Assembly: GCF_009914755.1 (NCBI RefSeq)
Contig: NC_060928.1
Source: the human T2T-CHM13v2.0 reference genome, Homo sapiens
Strand: one strand, 5' to 3'
DNA length: 64,000 nucleotides
The stretch's first letter is position 1; the number at the start of each line of letters is the position of its first letter. The translations under genes were made by a program, and so were the position numbers. Below, one piece after another: positions 1 to 14,208 of the stretch. Under the pieces are notes generated by a model that worked only from the letters and a program-made list of their open reading frames with translations, was not told where the DNA came from and searched no databases.

Positions 1-1307
1 ACATGCTTGAATTTCATGTTTGTGGCATTTCCTGACAGGACATCATCTGTCCCAAACATTTCATGTGTTCTGACTTTTCCATAAGGCAGAGGGTCTTGTT
101 TCAAGGAATAATTACCTCTGAAAATGGAAATTTAAACAGAAGAAATGTTTTTCACCTTTTTGATCATTCTTCTTGACTATGGTCAATAGTTGGAATTTTG
201 TGTGTCAGAGATAAGTTTTGAGAGTTTACTTTAAAAAATGATTGGCAAATTGGTAGATTTGGCTTTCCCAGGCATGCAATACAGCTAACATTGGTGACTT
301 GATGTCCGGTACCTATATTAGATCCTTCTTGGCTGTCAAAAAGTATTTTAAGTCAATAGAACTTAGGAAGAAATGACTTCATAGGTGCACAATCCAGATA
401 ACAACCGAGGTCCCTGACCACTTAGGATATAGGAAATATTAAAAGCTGCAAAACTGCATTCTTGGTGCATGTCCACTATTGAGAATGAAGGAGTGATGAG
501 GGCAGGCAGGCTTGCATTCTTATGATCCTTTCTGCCTCAGGTGTATTTCTTCTTTGTATAGTCTGTGTCCTGCACTACAGTCAACCTTGATGTTAAATTC
601 AGCTCATTTCTGGTTTCTCTGCACATCATACCTACAAAGCATGTGTGTATAGAATTTACTCAATGCTCAGAGTTGGGTGTGAGGAGAGACAAAGGAGGGT
701 CTTGCTTTGTACTAAAAAAGACAGCTTCCACTTAAACATGAGCTTCTTCAAGGTCCTTCGACTGCACAGCCTTTCAGGCTTCTTCACCACACAGCCTTAG
801 TTGGTCCCATCTTGTCACTGCACATACTGTCACCTCATCCTCACCTTTCCAAGTCTCTTCCATCCACTCCCCTTTCTTTGGAAGTAAAAACAAAGCATCT
901 TTCTTTATTTCCTATACAACAGTGAGGCCATTCTCCTTTGCTGTCTTTGGCTCCTATGCCTCTCCCATCCTCAGGTCCACTTTTTCCCTCAAGATATCCC
1001 AAGATCAGGCCATTCTCCATAATTCAGATTTTTTCCTTAAAGTCTGATTGCTTGGTACAACTATTAGGAATTGTTAAAAACCCATTTAAAGTTTATTGCA
1101 CACTAAATTAAGAAAACAGCTTTAATTCACTAACAGTATCTAAAAAGTAGACAACTTGATGCAGCCTAAAGTACATGGTTGGCTCAATTGTTTGTATGCA
1201 TCGGTAAAAGACAATAAACCTACTAAATTCCTAAGATTGTTTGCTATCAGATGGTTGCTGGAATTTAGTTTCTGGTTAATGTGTCTTTGTTCACCTTTCG
1301 TGATACA

Positions 1308-2150
<843 letters not shown>

Positions 2151-2181
2151 TATAAGCCTACTCTGATTGTGTCATTACTAA

Positions 2182-2517
<336 letters not shown>

Positions 2518-2998
2518 TAAAGACGATAGGATGCCTTTGTAACACTGTCCATTTTTCCCCCCGGTGTACAATTAGCTGTGTATGCAGTAAAATATAAAAT
2601 ATACTTTTAGTGAGTCTCTACTTTGCTCTTTTGCTTGTTTTAAATATGATTATCTCATTATTGTTTTTAAATTCACCTTGGGCAAGAGCTAAGTCCCATC
2701 GTGCCTCAGTAGATAATTGGGCGTAGGGCTTGATGGTAGACTTTGCAGAAGGTCAAGCTCGCTCTCTTATTTGAGTTTTTGCCTCTTGGAAAGTATCCAG
2801 TTTAAAATGCTGAATTCAGGAATCAGTGACAGTTATGTGTTCTTCACTCTGAGGAAGGATTTCTAAATTTATGTGGTGTTTTCCCGGGGAGAAATGTTTT
2901 TATTTGTACTCGTAAAAACACATGTCCTCGGTGTATGTGTCTCATTGGAAGCTTCCAAATAGCTTCTTTGTAATTGTGTGTGATACCTCATTATGTTG

Positions 2999-4030
2999 TG
3001 AAGGGGTGGCCCTGCCCCTCCACACCTGCGGGTATTTCTAGTTGGGTGGGATGAGAGACTGAGAAAAGAAATAAGACACAGAGACAAAGTATAGAGAAGC
3101 AACAGTGGGTCCAGGGGACCGGTGCTCCAGCACACCAAGGACCTGCACCGGCACCGACCTCTGAGTTCCCTCAGTTTTTATTGATTATTATTTTCATTAT
3201 TTCAGCAAAAAGGAATGTAGAAGGAGAGCAGGGTGATAATAAGGAGAAGGTCAGCAAAAAACATGTGAGCAAAATAATCTATGTCATACTTAAGTTCAAG
3301 GGAAGATACTATGCCTAGACGTGCATGTGGGCCAGATTTATGTTTCTCTCCACCCAAACATCTCAGCGGAGTAAAGAATAACAAGGCAGCATTACTGCAA
3401 ACATGTCTCGCCTCCCACCATAGGGTGGTTTTTCTCCTATCTCAGAATTGAACAAATGTACAATCGGGTTTTATACTGAGACATTCAGTTCCCAGGGGCA
3501 GGCAGGAGACAGTGGCCTTCCTCTATCTCAACTGCAAGAGGCTTTCCTCTTTTACTAATCCACCTCAGCACAGACCCTTTATGGGTGTCGGGCTGGGGGA
3601 CAGTCAGGTCTTTCTCATCCCACGAGGCCATATTTCAGACTATCACATGGGGAGAAACCTTGGACAATACCCCGCTTTCAAGGGCAGAGGTCCCTGCGGC
3701 TTTCCACAGTGCATTGTGCCCCTGGTTTATTGAGACTAGAGAATGGCGATGACCTTTATCAAGTATACTGCCTGTAAACATTTTGTTAAGAAGGCACGTC
3801 CTGCACAGCCCTAGATCCCTTAAACCTTGATTTTATACAACACATGTTTTTGTGAACTCCTGGCTGGGTCAAAGTGGCTGGGGCAAAGTGGCTGGTACAA
3901 AACTACAAATTAACAACATCTCAGCAAAGCAATTGTTTAAAGTACAGGTCTTTTTCAAAATGGAGTCTCTTATGTCTTCCCTTTCTACATAGACACAGTG
4001 ACAGTCTGATCTCTCTTTCTTTTCCCTACA
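2999..4030 (-). mobile_element. HERV-K(HML-2) solo LTR, LTR5A-like
   Basis: Minus strand begins TGTAGGGAAAAGAAAGAGAGATCAGACTGTCACTGTGTC and ends GGCCACCCCTTCA; 1032 bp. Confidence 0.92.
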
Positions 4031-4217
4031 ATATTTTAGGTGATTTATCCCTGAATACTGGGCTACATGTATCAATGCTATGCTTTTTCCTTCTTCCTGT
4101 ACCCTTTTATCCAGCTTAAAATTTCCAGGGACAAAAAGATGATAATTTATCTTGATATCCTAGAAAAAGGAGGTATTGAAACTTATGAATGATGTAGACA
4201 GGACCTGTATTGAATGA

Positions 4218-6716
4218 TGATATGGTTTGACTCTGTGTCTTCACCCAAATCTCATGACAAATTGTAATCCCCATGTGTCAAGGAAGAAACCTGGTGGGAG
4301 CTGATTGGATCATGAGGAGAGTTTTCCCCCATGCTATTCTCATGATAGTGAGTGAGTGCTCAAGAGATATGATGGTTTAAAAGTGTGTGGCATTCCAGCC
4401 CTTCCCCTGTCTCTCCTGCCACCACATGAAGAAGATCCTTTCTTCCCCCTTTGCCTTCTGTCATGATTGTAAGTTTTTTGAGGCCTCCTAGGCATGCTTC
4501 CTGTTAAGCCTGTAGAACTGTTAGTCACTTAAACTTCTTTTCTTCATAAATTACCCAGTCTCAAGTAGTTCTTTATAGAAGTGTGAGAATGCAGCACACC
4601 AACATGGCATATGTATACGTATGTAACAAACCTGCACATTGTGCACATGTACCCTAAAACTTAAAGTATAATAATAATAAAATTAAAAAAAACAGAAGTG
4701 TGAGAATGGACTAATACAGAAAATTGGCACCAGGAAAGTGGGGCATTGCTATAAAGATACCTGAAAACATGGAAGCAACTTTGGAACTGGGTACAAGCAG
4801 AGGTTGGAACAGTTTGAAGGGCTCAGAAGACAGGAAGATTAGGGAAAGTTTGCAACTTCATAGAGACTTGTTGAATGGTTGTGATCAAAATGCTGATAGT
4901 GATATGGACAATGAATTTCAGGTTGAGTGGTCTCAGATGGAGATGAGAAACTTCTTGAGAACTGGAGCAAAGGTCACTCTTGTTATGCTTTAGCAAAGAG
5001 ACTGGTGGCATTGTGTCCCTGTTCTAGGGACCTGTGGAACTTTGAACTTCAGAAATATGATTTACAGCATCTGGCAGAAGAAATTTCTAAGCAGCAAAGC
5101 ATTCAAGAAATTGCCTGGCTGCTCTTAACAGCATACAATCACATGCATTCACAAATAGAGGGTCTGAAATTGGACCTTATGTTTAAAGGGGAAGCAGAGC
5201 ATAAAAGTTTGGAAAATTTGCAGCCTGACCATGTGGTAGAAAAGAAGAAAACATTTTCTGGGGGAAAATAAAAGCTGGCTGCAGAAATTTACGTAAGTAA
5301 AGAGGAGCTGAATATTAATAGCAAAGACAATGGGGAAAATGTATTGAGGGCATGCCAGAGACTTTACTGACTGCCCCTCATAACATAGGCCTGGAGGCCT
5401 AGGAGAGAAAACTGCTTTTGTGGGTCAGACCCAGGACCCCACTGCTCTGTGCAGCCTTGGGACATGGCACCCTGCATCCCAGCCACTCCAGCACCAGCCA
5501 TGACTAAAAGGGGACAAGGTACAGCTTCAACCATTGCTTCAGAGGTTTAAGCCTCAAGCCTTGGTGGCATCCACATGGTGTTGGGCCTGTGAGTGTGCAA
5601 GAGATGAGAGTTAAGCTTTGCGAGCTTCTGCCTAGATTTCAGAGGAAGTATGGAAACACCTGGATGTCCAGGCAGAAGTCTGCTGGAGGGGTGGAGCCCC
5701 CATGGAGAACCTCTACTAGGGAACTGCAGAAGGGAAATGTGGGGTTGGAGCTCCCACACAGAGTCACCACTGGGGCACTGCCCAGTGGAACTGTGAGTAG
5801 AAGGCCACCATCTTCCAGACCTCAAAATGGTAGATCCACTGACAGCATGCATCATGCACCTGGAAAAACCACAGGCACTCAACGACAGCCCATGAAATCA
5901 TCTGTGGGGGGTAACCCTGCAGAGTGACAGGGGTGGAACTGCTCAAGACCTTGGGAGCCCACCCTTTGCATCAGTGTGCCCTGGAGACATGTAGTCAAAG
6001 GAGATTATTTTGGAGCTTTAAGATTTCATAACTGCCCTGCTGGGTTTTGGACTTGAATGGGGCCTATAGCCCTTTTGTTTTGGCCAAAGTCTCCCATTTG
6101 GAAAGGGAGCATTTACCCAATGCCTGTACCCCCATTATATTTTGGAAGTAACTAATTTGTTTTTGATTTTACAGGCTCATAGATGGAAGGGACTTGCCTT
6201 GTCTCAGATGAGATTGTGGACATGGACGTTTGAGTTAATGCTGGAAGGAGTTAAGACTTTGAGGGACTGTTGGCATGATTGATTTTGAAATGTGAGAAGG
6301 ACATGAGATTTGGGAGGGTTCAGGGGTGGAATGACATGGTTTGGCTCTGTGTCCCCACCCAAATCTCATATCAAATTGTAATCCCCACATATTGGGAGAG
6401 GAACCTGGTGGGAGGCAATTGGATCATGGGGGCAGTTTGCCTCATGCTGTTCTCATGATAGTGAGTGAGTTCTCATGAGATGATCTGGTGGTTTAAATGT
6501 GTTTGGCAGTTCCCCCCTCACTCTCTTTTTCCTGACACCATGTGAAGAAGGTCCTTGCTTCCCCTTCACCTTCTGCCATGATTGTAAGTTTCCTGAGGCC
6601 TCCCAGTCATGCTTCCTGTTAATCTTGTGAAATTGTGAGTCAATTAAACCTCTTTTCTTCACCAATTACTGAGTCTCAGGTAGTCCTTTATAGCAGTTTG
6701 GGAACAGACTAATACA
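4218..6716 (+). mobile_element. Full-length THE1D-like MaLR provirus (5' LTR 4218-4718, internal 4719-6331, 3' LTR 6332-6716)
   Basis: Two TGA[T/C]ATGGTTTG...CTAATACA LTRs flank a THE1-internal sequence. 5-bp TSD AATGA/AACGA. Confidence 0.9.
4592..4693 (+). mobile_element. About 100-bp 3' end of an L1PA inserted in the THE1 5' LTR
   Basis: CACATGTACCCTAAAACTTAAAGTATAAT plus A-tail. Perfect 15-bp TSD AGAAGTGTGAGAATG at 4577-4591 and 4694-4708. Confidence 0.92.
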
Positions 6717-7288
6717 AACGAGTTTAGTTTCTGACATTTTTTAGTTGCAAATTATACCTGTTTGTTGTGGTGAAACAATTTTATTATTATAGCACAATCT
6801 TCAGCTTTAATTCTATGCTCACTTTTTTTGTGGACTCCTGTAAATTGATTAGGTTCTTTTTCCCAATGTTGGATCAGTTTTGACAATGAGAGTAATGCTG
6901 TATCATCCAACTTTATGTTGCTCAAGAACAAATTACCACGGCAAGATGAGAGACTGTGGCCAGATTGCAAACTATAAATACCAAGGGTTCAAGCCACAGA
7001 ATTTTGCCTTGCTGTACTGAGTTATTCTAACACTAACATCCAAAGCAGGAAGTACTCCTTGGAAAGTGAGACTCCAGATGTGGGTGAAGGGCAGGGAGAC
7101 CAAGCATCCAGCATCTGTTTCTTGGTGTTCAATCTTGAGAATTCTTGTCTACTGGGGAGGCCAAAGTTTGGAAAGGGACATACAGCATGGTCTTCATGAA
7201 GCAAATGTTTATGAGAAATGACTATGAATCTGGTCCCATGCTAGGCACCAGTTATACAGTGTTGAATTAAATATTTTGTTGTCATGGA

Positions 7289-8359
7289 TATTGCGGGAAG
7301 TCAGGGACCCCAAATGGAGGGACCGGCTGAAGCCATGGCAGAAGAATGTGGATTGTGAAGATTTCATGGACATTTATTAGTTCCCCAAATTAATACTTTC
7401 ATAATTTCTTATGCCTGTCTTTACTACAATCTCTAAACATACATTGTAAAGATTTCATGGGCACTTATCACTTCCCCAATCAATACTCTTGTGATTTCCC
7501 ATGCCTGTCTTTACTTTAATCTCTTAATCTTGTCAGCTGAGGAGGATGTATATCGCCTCAGGACCCTGTAATAATTGCATTAACTGCACAAATTGTACAG
7601 CACGTGTGTTTGAGCAATATGAAATGTGGGCACCTTGAAAAAAGAACAGGATAAGAGCAATTGTTCAGGGAATAAGAGAGGTAACCTTAAACTCTGACTG
7701 CCGGTGAGCTGGGCAGAACAGAGCCATATTTCTCTTCTTTCAAAAGCAAATGGGAGAAATATCACTGAATTCTTTTTCTCAGCATGGAACATCCCTGGGA
7801 AAGAGAATACATGCCTGGAGATATAGGCTTATAAACAGCTCCCCCAGGTGCATCTGTCTCTTATGGTCGAGACTGCAGGGGTGAAATAGACCCCAGTCTC
7901 CCATAGCACTCCCAGGCTTATTAGGAAGAGGAAATTCCCACCTAATAAATTTTGGTCAGACCAGTTGATCTCAAAACACTGTCTCCTGATAAGATGTTAT
8001 CAATGACAATGGTGCCCGAAACTTCATTAGCAATTTTAATTTCACCTCCATCCTGTGGTCCTGTGATCTCGCCCTGCCTCCACTTGCCTTGTGATATTCT
8101 ATTACCTTGTAAAGTACTTGATGTCTGTGACCCACACCTATTCACACACTCCCTCTCCTTTTGAAAATCCCTGATAAAAACTTGCTGGTTTTTGTGGCTT
8201 GTGGGGCATCACGGAACGTACTGACATGTGATGTCTCCCCCGGACACCCAGCTTTAAAATTTCTCTCTTTTGTACTCTGTCCCTTTATTTCTCAAGCTGG
8301 CTGACACTTAAGGAAAATAGAAAAGAACCTACATGACTATCTGGGCAGGTTCCCCGATA
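7289..8359 (+). mobile_element. MER11C-like solo LTR (HERV-K11/HML-8)
   Basis: Starts TATTGCGGGAAGTCAGGGACCCC and ends GGCAGGTTCCCCGATA; 1071 bp. Flanks ATGGA/AAGGA. Inserted into an L2. Confidence 0.9.
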
Positions 8360-8364
8360 AAGGA

Positions 8365-9130
8365 GCTTACATCCTATTGTGTGTTGGGAAAGGGGAGCAG
8401 TAGAGGAGCAGGTAAATAAATATGCACTCCATTACAGATTGAAAACTGAAATAGGGTTAACTAATAGATTCTGGGATTGACAGCAATTAGGAAAATAAGT
8501 TAATTAGTTTGGTGATCAGAGAAGATTTACTTGAGGATCTGAGACTTAAAGCATTCCAATGAGGCCACCAATGGCAGTTAGACCTTCTGGCATTGGAGAT
8601 TTTGTATATTCAAGCATGTGCTGATGCTTTAATGCAAGAAGGAGCTGGGCTTGTTCTAGGAGCTAGAAGAAAATGGAAAGGAAGCCCAGTGAGACCTTCA
8701 TGAACATCAGACAGAGATGGGGTTGTGAGGTAGGGTTAGAGAGTTAGACAGGGCCATGCTGTACAGGATCCTGTAGATCAGGGAAAAGAGTTTGGCTTCT
8801 GATATGAGTGGAAACCAAAGGTATTTAATGTTTTTAATCAGGAGAATGACAAGTGAAGTGATCATTGATGAGTTTCTAAAAGATCATTCCGGCCTCTGCA
8901 TAGAGAGGAGGTTGGAGGCAAGCAAGAATAAAACCAGGGAGGTGGTGGACCCCAGAAATAGTGTGTTAGCAGTAAAAGTGATAAGAAATGGATGCATTTA
9001 AAATAAACATTGCATGTAAATCAACAGGACTTACTGATGAATTGAATGTGGGATGATGAAAAATGAGAAGTCAAGGTCAATGGCTAGAATATTGATTTGA
9101 GTAAGAGAATATTTGGTAGTGCCATTTATC
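8365..9130 (-). mobile_element. L2 fragment (continues at about 7200-7288, before MER11)
   Basis: L2-like motifs: CATGGA|GCTTACATC and AAAGATCATTCCGGCCTCTG. Highly diverged; boundaries approximate. Confidence 0.6.
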
Positions 9131-10848
9131 GTTTAGTAGCTACATGCTTTAGCTTAAAAGTCCAAATCATTTCCATGTGAGAGTTTTTGCTTTGGATCTT
9201 AGAAGCTGCCTCATTCTAATAAATGTCTTTGGCTTTTACTCTCACACCTCATAATATCTTAACTGGCTAATTTTACACTTTAAAGCGTTTTGCCCATTTT
9301 GTTTCATTTTTACAATGTTTCCAAGGCTCTCTTTATCTTAACTTTTAAGTTTTCTGTGACTCTGGTTATAATACATTATTCACTAACATCTTTTTCCTAG
9401 TTTTTATTTGCTTAGTTTTATCTAGTTTTCATTGATTATATTAAATTTCTTTTCATTCTTGGAATAAAAACTTTTTAACGTTTTAGTTTTTGCTTCTTTA
9501 AGTACATTTTAATTTCTCTTCATTTTTTCATCTTTTTAGTATTTAGTATGTTAATTTTTATCTATGACTGTGTTTTACCTCAGTAAGTGGCTAGCAAGAT
9601 AAATAGTCATTGCATGGATAGGTTTTCTATTAGCCCATCTTCTAAACAAGAGGACGGTATATTTACTTTCTGGATGGTCCCAATACAGACCTGCCTATGT
9701 CTTTTAACAAACAACCTGTAATTTGCTCCTGTGTTTCATGAGAAGGGAAATAGGAGATGCACAGGTCAGAAGTTCTTTATAGCACAAGTTTGCCTTTACA
9801 AGTGGCACAAGCAAAATCCTGGAAGTGTCTATGAGGCACAAGATCTATGACCAGATTTAAAATCTGTGTTCTTAACATATCTTCCATCAGTGTGCATTTG
9901 ACAAATTTAATATATTACTATCATAGTGTGTGATTATAATACTAGTAAAAGTAATTTATTAAGCATTTACTATGTTTTATATTGAACTGTGGTTTGACAT
10001 TATTAGTATCAGGCTTATTCTCATAGTATCCCTAAGAGGTAGATATAATTTTAAATATTCTTATAAGTAAATAAAGTGAAATTGAATGAAGAAAAGCATG
10101 ATCCTAGATGTGAATTCTGACCCTGCCAACTGTTAGTTGTGTGATTTTGAACAATATTCCTGTAACACTTGTACTTTTATATTTTTGTGTTTGTTTCCCT
10201 ATTTTTAAGACTTAAAATTTTAAAAGACAACTTGCAGGGATGCAGTGAAGATTAAATAAATAATGCTTGAAGAGCATCTTATTAAATTATTAGAGCTTTC
10301 TCTTTAGAGTCTGTTACTTTGTCATTGCGCAACCTTCCTTCTCCTGCACCTCTTATGACATTTTCCTGGCATTGTCCTATCCATGGAAATATCAAAGGTC
10401 CTCAAAAGATCAATCACAGCAACCTTGTATGTTTCAGAAAATCTCAAGCTTGCCTTCTTTGGAGGCCACAGAGGCCAAGGCAAAGATTATGAAGGAATAC
10501 CAGGCTTTGTTCTTAATCCAGATTTAGAGACCTGGGTTTATTAATCCTCCATGGATAATTAACTCCTTGATTTGCCTCTCCAAACCAGACACAGTTCTGG
10601 CAGGTAGAATCCCTGGAGAAATAGAGAAAAAGAGTCTAGAATTATGTACAGGGAATCTTTCTAGACAAGGTTATTATTGCCACCCTGTTTCACTTCTTTT
10701 CATAAACATTGTAGTTAATATAAATTTTTAAATTTTGGGTATAAGAGTTCATGCTGTCCTCCAACTCTCTCTACTGTCATCCTCATCCTATCTCTATCTA
10801 CTTGTATTTAAATCTGTATGTATACATATATCTACACATAGATCTATA

Positions 10849-11208
10849 TGTATTAGTCCATTAGGGCTGCTATAAAAAATGCCATAAACTGGTTGGCTTA
10901 CAAACAACAGAAATTCATTTCTGTCAATTGTGAGACTGGGGAGTCCAAGATCAAGGTACTGGAAGACTTGGTGTCTAGTGAGAGCCCAATTCCTGGTTCA
11001 TAGATGGCCATCTTTTTCCTGTGTCATCACATGGTAGAAGGCACAAAGCAGCTCTCTGGGTCCTCTTTTATAAGGGCATTAATCCTATTCCTCAGGGCTC
11101 TGCCTTCATAACCTAATCACCCCCCCAAATACTCCACCTACTATAGTGTCACATTAAGGGTTAGGATTTGAACATATGACTTTTGCTGTAGACATTCAGT
11201 CTACAGCA
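10849..11208 (-). mobile_element. MLT1A-type MaLR solo LTR
   Basis: TGTATTAGTCCATTAGGGCTGCTATAA...CATTCAGTCTACAGCA; about 360 bp. Confidence 0.75.
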
Positions 11209-11505
11209 ATACATTTCTCTATATATATTTTCTATATATCTATCTATGTATCTATGTGCCTATATATCATCCATATGAATCATAAGCTAGTGATTCAAAC
11301 AAGTTATGCATTTATTTGTCTTTCAAATAAATCTGGGTTGGGAGAATGCAGGGGTATACATTTCTCTGCTTCAGGAGTGACTCTTCTATATTGTTGTACC
11401 TCCCTTTAGGTTGAACTGTCACTTCATGGTTAAAAATAGTTCAACTCCATCACATATTTTCTGGAAGGGAAAAAGAGGAAGTGAGCAGCTTGCTTTTAAG
11501 AGTAT

Positions 11506-11855
<350 letters not shown>

Positions 11856-12574
11856 CTATACCTAACCAAATGGAAGGCTGAGAAATATCACCTTTCGCTA
11901 AATGCTATGCCCAGATGAATTTTAGAGGATTCTCTAACTAAAAGAAAGAATGAAGAATGGATGGGGGTGGGGTGGGGATGGCGGTAATTACTATTCTCTC
12001 TTAATTATTAATAGCAGGAGGGTAGTTCCAATAAGAGATCACTTATTTAAAAAAGTGATTTTTAAGAGATCACGTAAAAAAGTGATCGCTTATTTAAAAA
12101 AGATTTAAAAAAGAAAGAAGTTGACAGTGTGATTTTTAAAAAAGCTCTTTGAAATAGGCTAAAAATTAGACTAGTATTACTTCCACTAGTCTTTTAAAAA
12201 CAAGTTACTAAGGTGCTATGTGTGCCAGGCACTATGCTAAATACTCAACATATATTATCTCATTTATTTCTTACACTGCTACATGATAGAAATATTTTTC
12301 TCTTTGAAAAGTGAGGTTTTGAGGGGTTAAATATCTTTCACAAGCTCACACAGCTAATAAGTGGAGGAGACAGGATTTCATGTGGCTGAGCCCACAATGT
12401 CAAACCTGAATGTTGCAGCCTCCCAACACATCCTCTTACCTATCACTTTTCTTCCCTTCAGGACTACAGGAAGATTCTCATCAGCCTTATTCTCTTGTTT
12501 TGAAAACACATAATAAATAGACTCAAGCAGGGATCGACCACAAAAGAGTGAAATCATTTAATTTATTGTCGATC

Positions 12575-13040
12575 GTGCTGGTTAATTTCTGTTTTCCCTT
12601 CCAGGTCCGTTTTCTCCTTTTCCCTGGCCTACCTGGAGTCTCATGAAGGAGAACTTTATAGACTGAATCACACAAGGGCCTTTGCCCTTTGACTTCTAGT
12701 TGGATTTGGTCAGAGGGAAGCTGGAGCAGGATAGAGAGGTTGGGGGTATTGCCTCTGCTCCCTTCCTCCTGAGGCATAGTTTTGGCAGTTGTTGAGTACC
12801 TCTTAGTCCTCTTCCCAGAGCTACAGGTCTTGTTTGGTTCTGTAATACCGTACCTTCCCCATGACCCTTAGACCTAGGGGTGGTAAGAGCTTCTCATTGT
12901 TGACAGCTCCTGGGTGCTTCATCAAGCTTCTTTGTTTAACCTTGTTCACACTTCTATTGTGGGGCTCTTCGTTAAACAATTTTTAATAAAATTCTTTGGG
13001 TATGCACTCTGTTTTCTGCTAGGATCCTAAAAGATAAACC
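12575..13040 (+). mobile_element. LTR33-like ERVL LTR
   Basis: GAGAGGTTGGGGGTATTGCC and CCCTTAGACCTAGGGGTGGTAAGAGCTTC motifs, plus AATAAA near the 3' end. Boundaries approximate. Confidence 0.55.
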
Positions 13041-14208
13041 GGGTTATCATCATGAGTTTAAAATGAACAATTATTGAGCAACATATGACTTGTTAGTGCT
13101 GTAGTGCCTTATAAAAATGGGATGCCTGTTTCATTTCTTGCCCATAAGCTTCAGCACATTGTAGGGAGGTCTTTCTTGATGACAGCTGGGGATGATGTCT
13201 TTGATTCCTTGGTCATTTTACTAAGATAGTAGCATGAATAATAAAGGAATTTCTACTGAATGGATAAGCTGCAATGATGGATCTTCAGTAACCTGCTCAT
13301 GCCTAAACATCCTTGGATCCCATCTGGAATGAGAGCCCATTCAAGTTGGAACTCCCTCCTGCGAATGGAATTTTAATTGACACTTTGATCAACTAATTAT
13401 ATTTCTCAATTATTCTCACTATGTGAATCTTCTTCAAATATTTTTCCTGCTGAGTGATTAAATATCCATTTCATCCCAGAAAAAAAAATTGACTCAATTT
13501 TCCTTAGCAGTTTGTTCACTAACTGTCCTCAGTCTTCTGACTCTTTAGAGAGCCTAGCTAGCATGCGGCTCTTTAGCATGAGAGATTTAGCTAGGCTGAA
13601 GAACACTTTATGTATTCTACAGTTTAGCTGTGGAATTTTATGACTGGAACATCCTCAAATTTCATGCTACCTTTTCATTTTAACAAGCCATAAAATTAGG
13701 TCTTTCTTCTCAATATCTTGTATAAGAAATAATCATATATTAAGCCCAACTACTCCATTCCCCTTGTTTTTTTCTATTACATTCTTTTTTACTTTATTAT
13801 GACATTATCCAAAGACAATGTAAGACTTTTGTCAAACTCCATTAATCTTTCATTATTTGTTGACTCTGGACAGGAAATGTTTTTGTGCTTGACAATGATT
13901 CTTAGTTGCTCTTTGGGAATTTATTACTACTACTTCTAACTAACAACTACTAATTATTGAGTTCATATTATGTGTCATGCAACGTTCTAAATTCTTATAT
14001 ATTATCTCATGTAATCCTTACAACAACCCTATAAACATTATTATACCCATTTTACAAATGAGAAAATTGAGTCTTTAATAGTTGAAGTTATTTGTCCAAG
14101 TTAATGTGTAAACTGATGAGCTAAGATTTAATCCTGGATTTTATTATTATTTCTTTTTTAAAAAAAACCTTGGTGAGCTTAATCACTGCGTTCTAAAAAT
14201 CAGTTTAT

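Noticed and set aside
4724-5946. Cluster of ORFs; similar peptides at 36689-37277 and 54050-54592
   Set aside because: Degenerate MaLR internal sequence; the similarity between these regions is family homology.
7345-7535. Internal direct repeat (GATTTCATGG...ATGCCTGTCTTTACT)
   Set aside because: Intrinsic to the MER11 LTR.
11959-11984. G-rich tract as a G-quadruplex
   Set aside because: Only three long G-runs, at the edge of an old LTR, with no other support.
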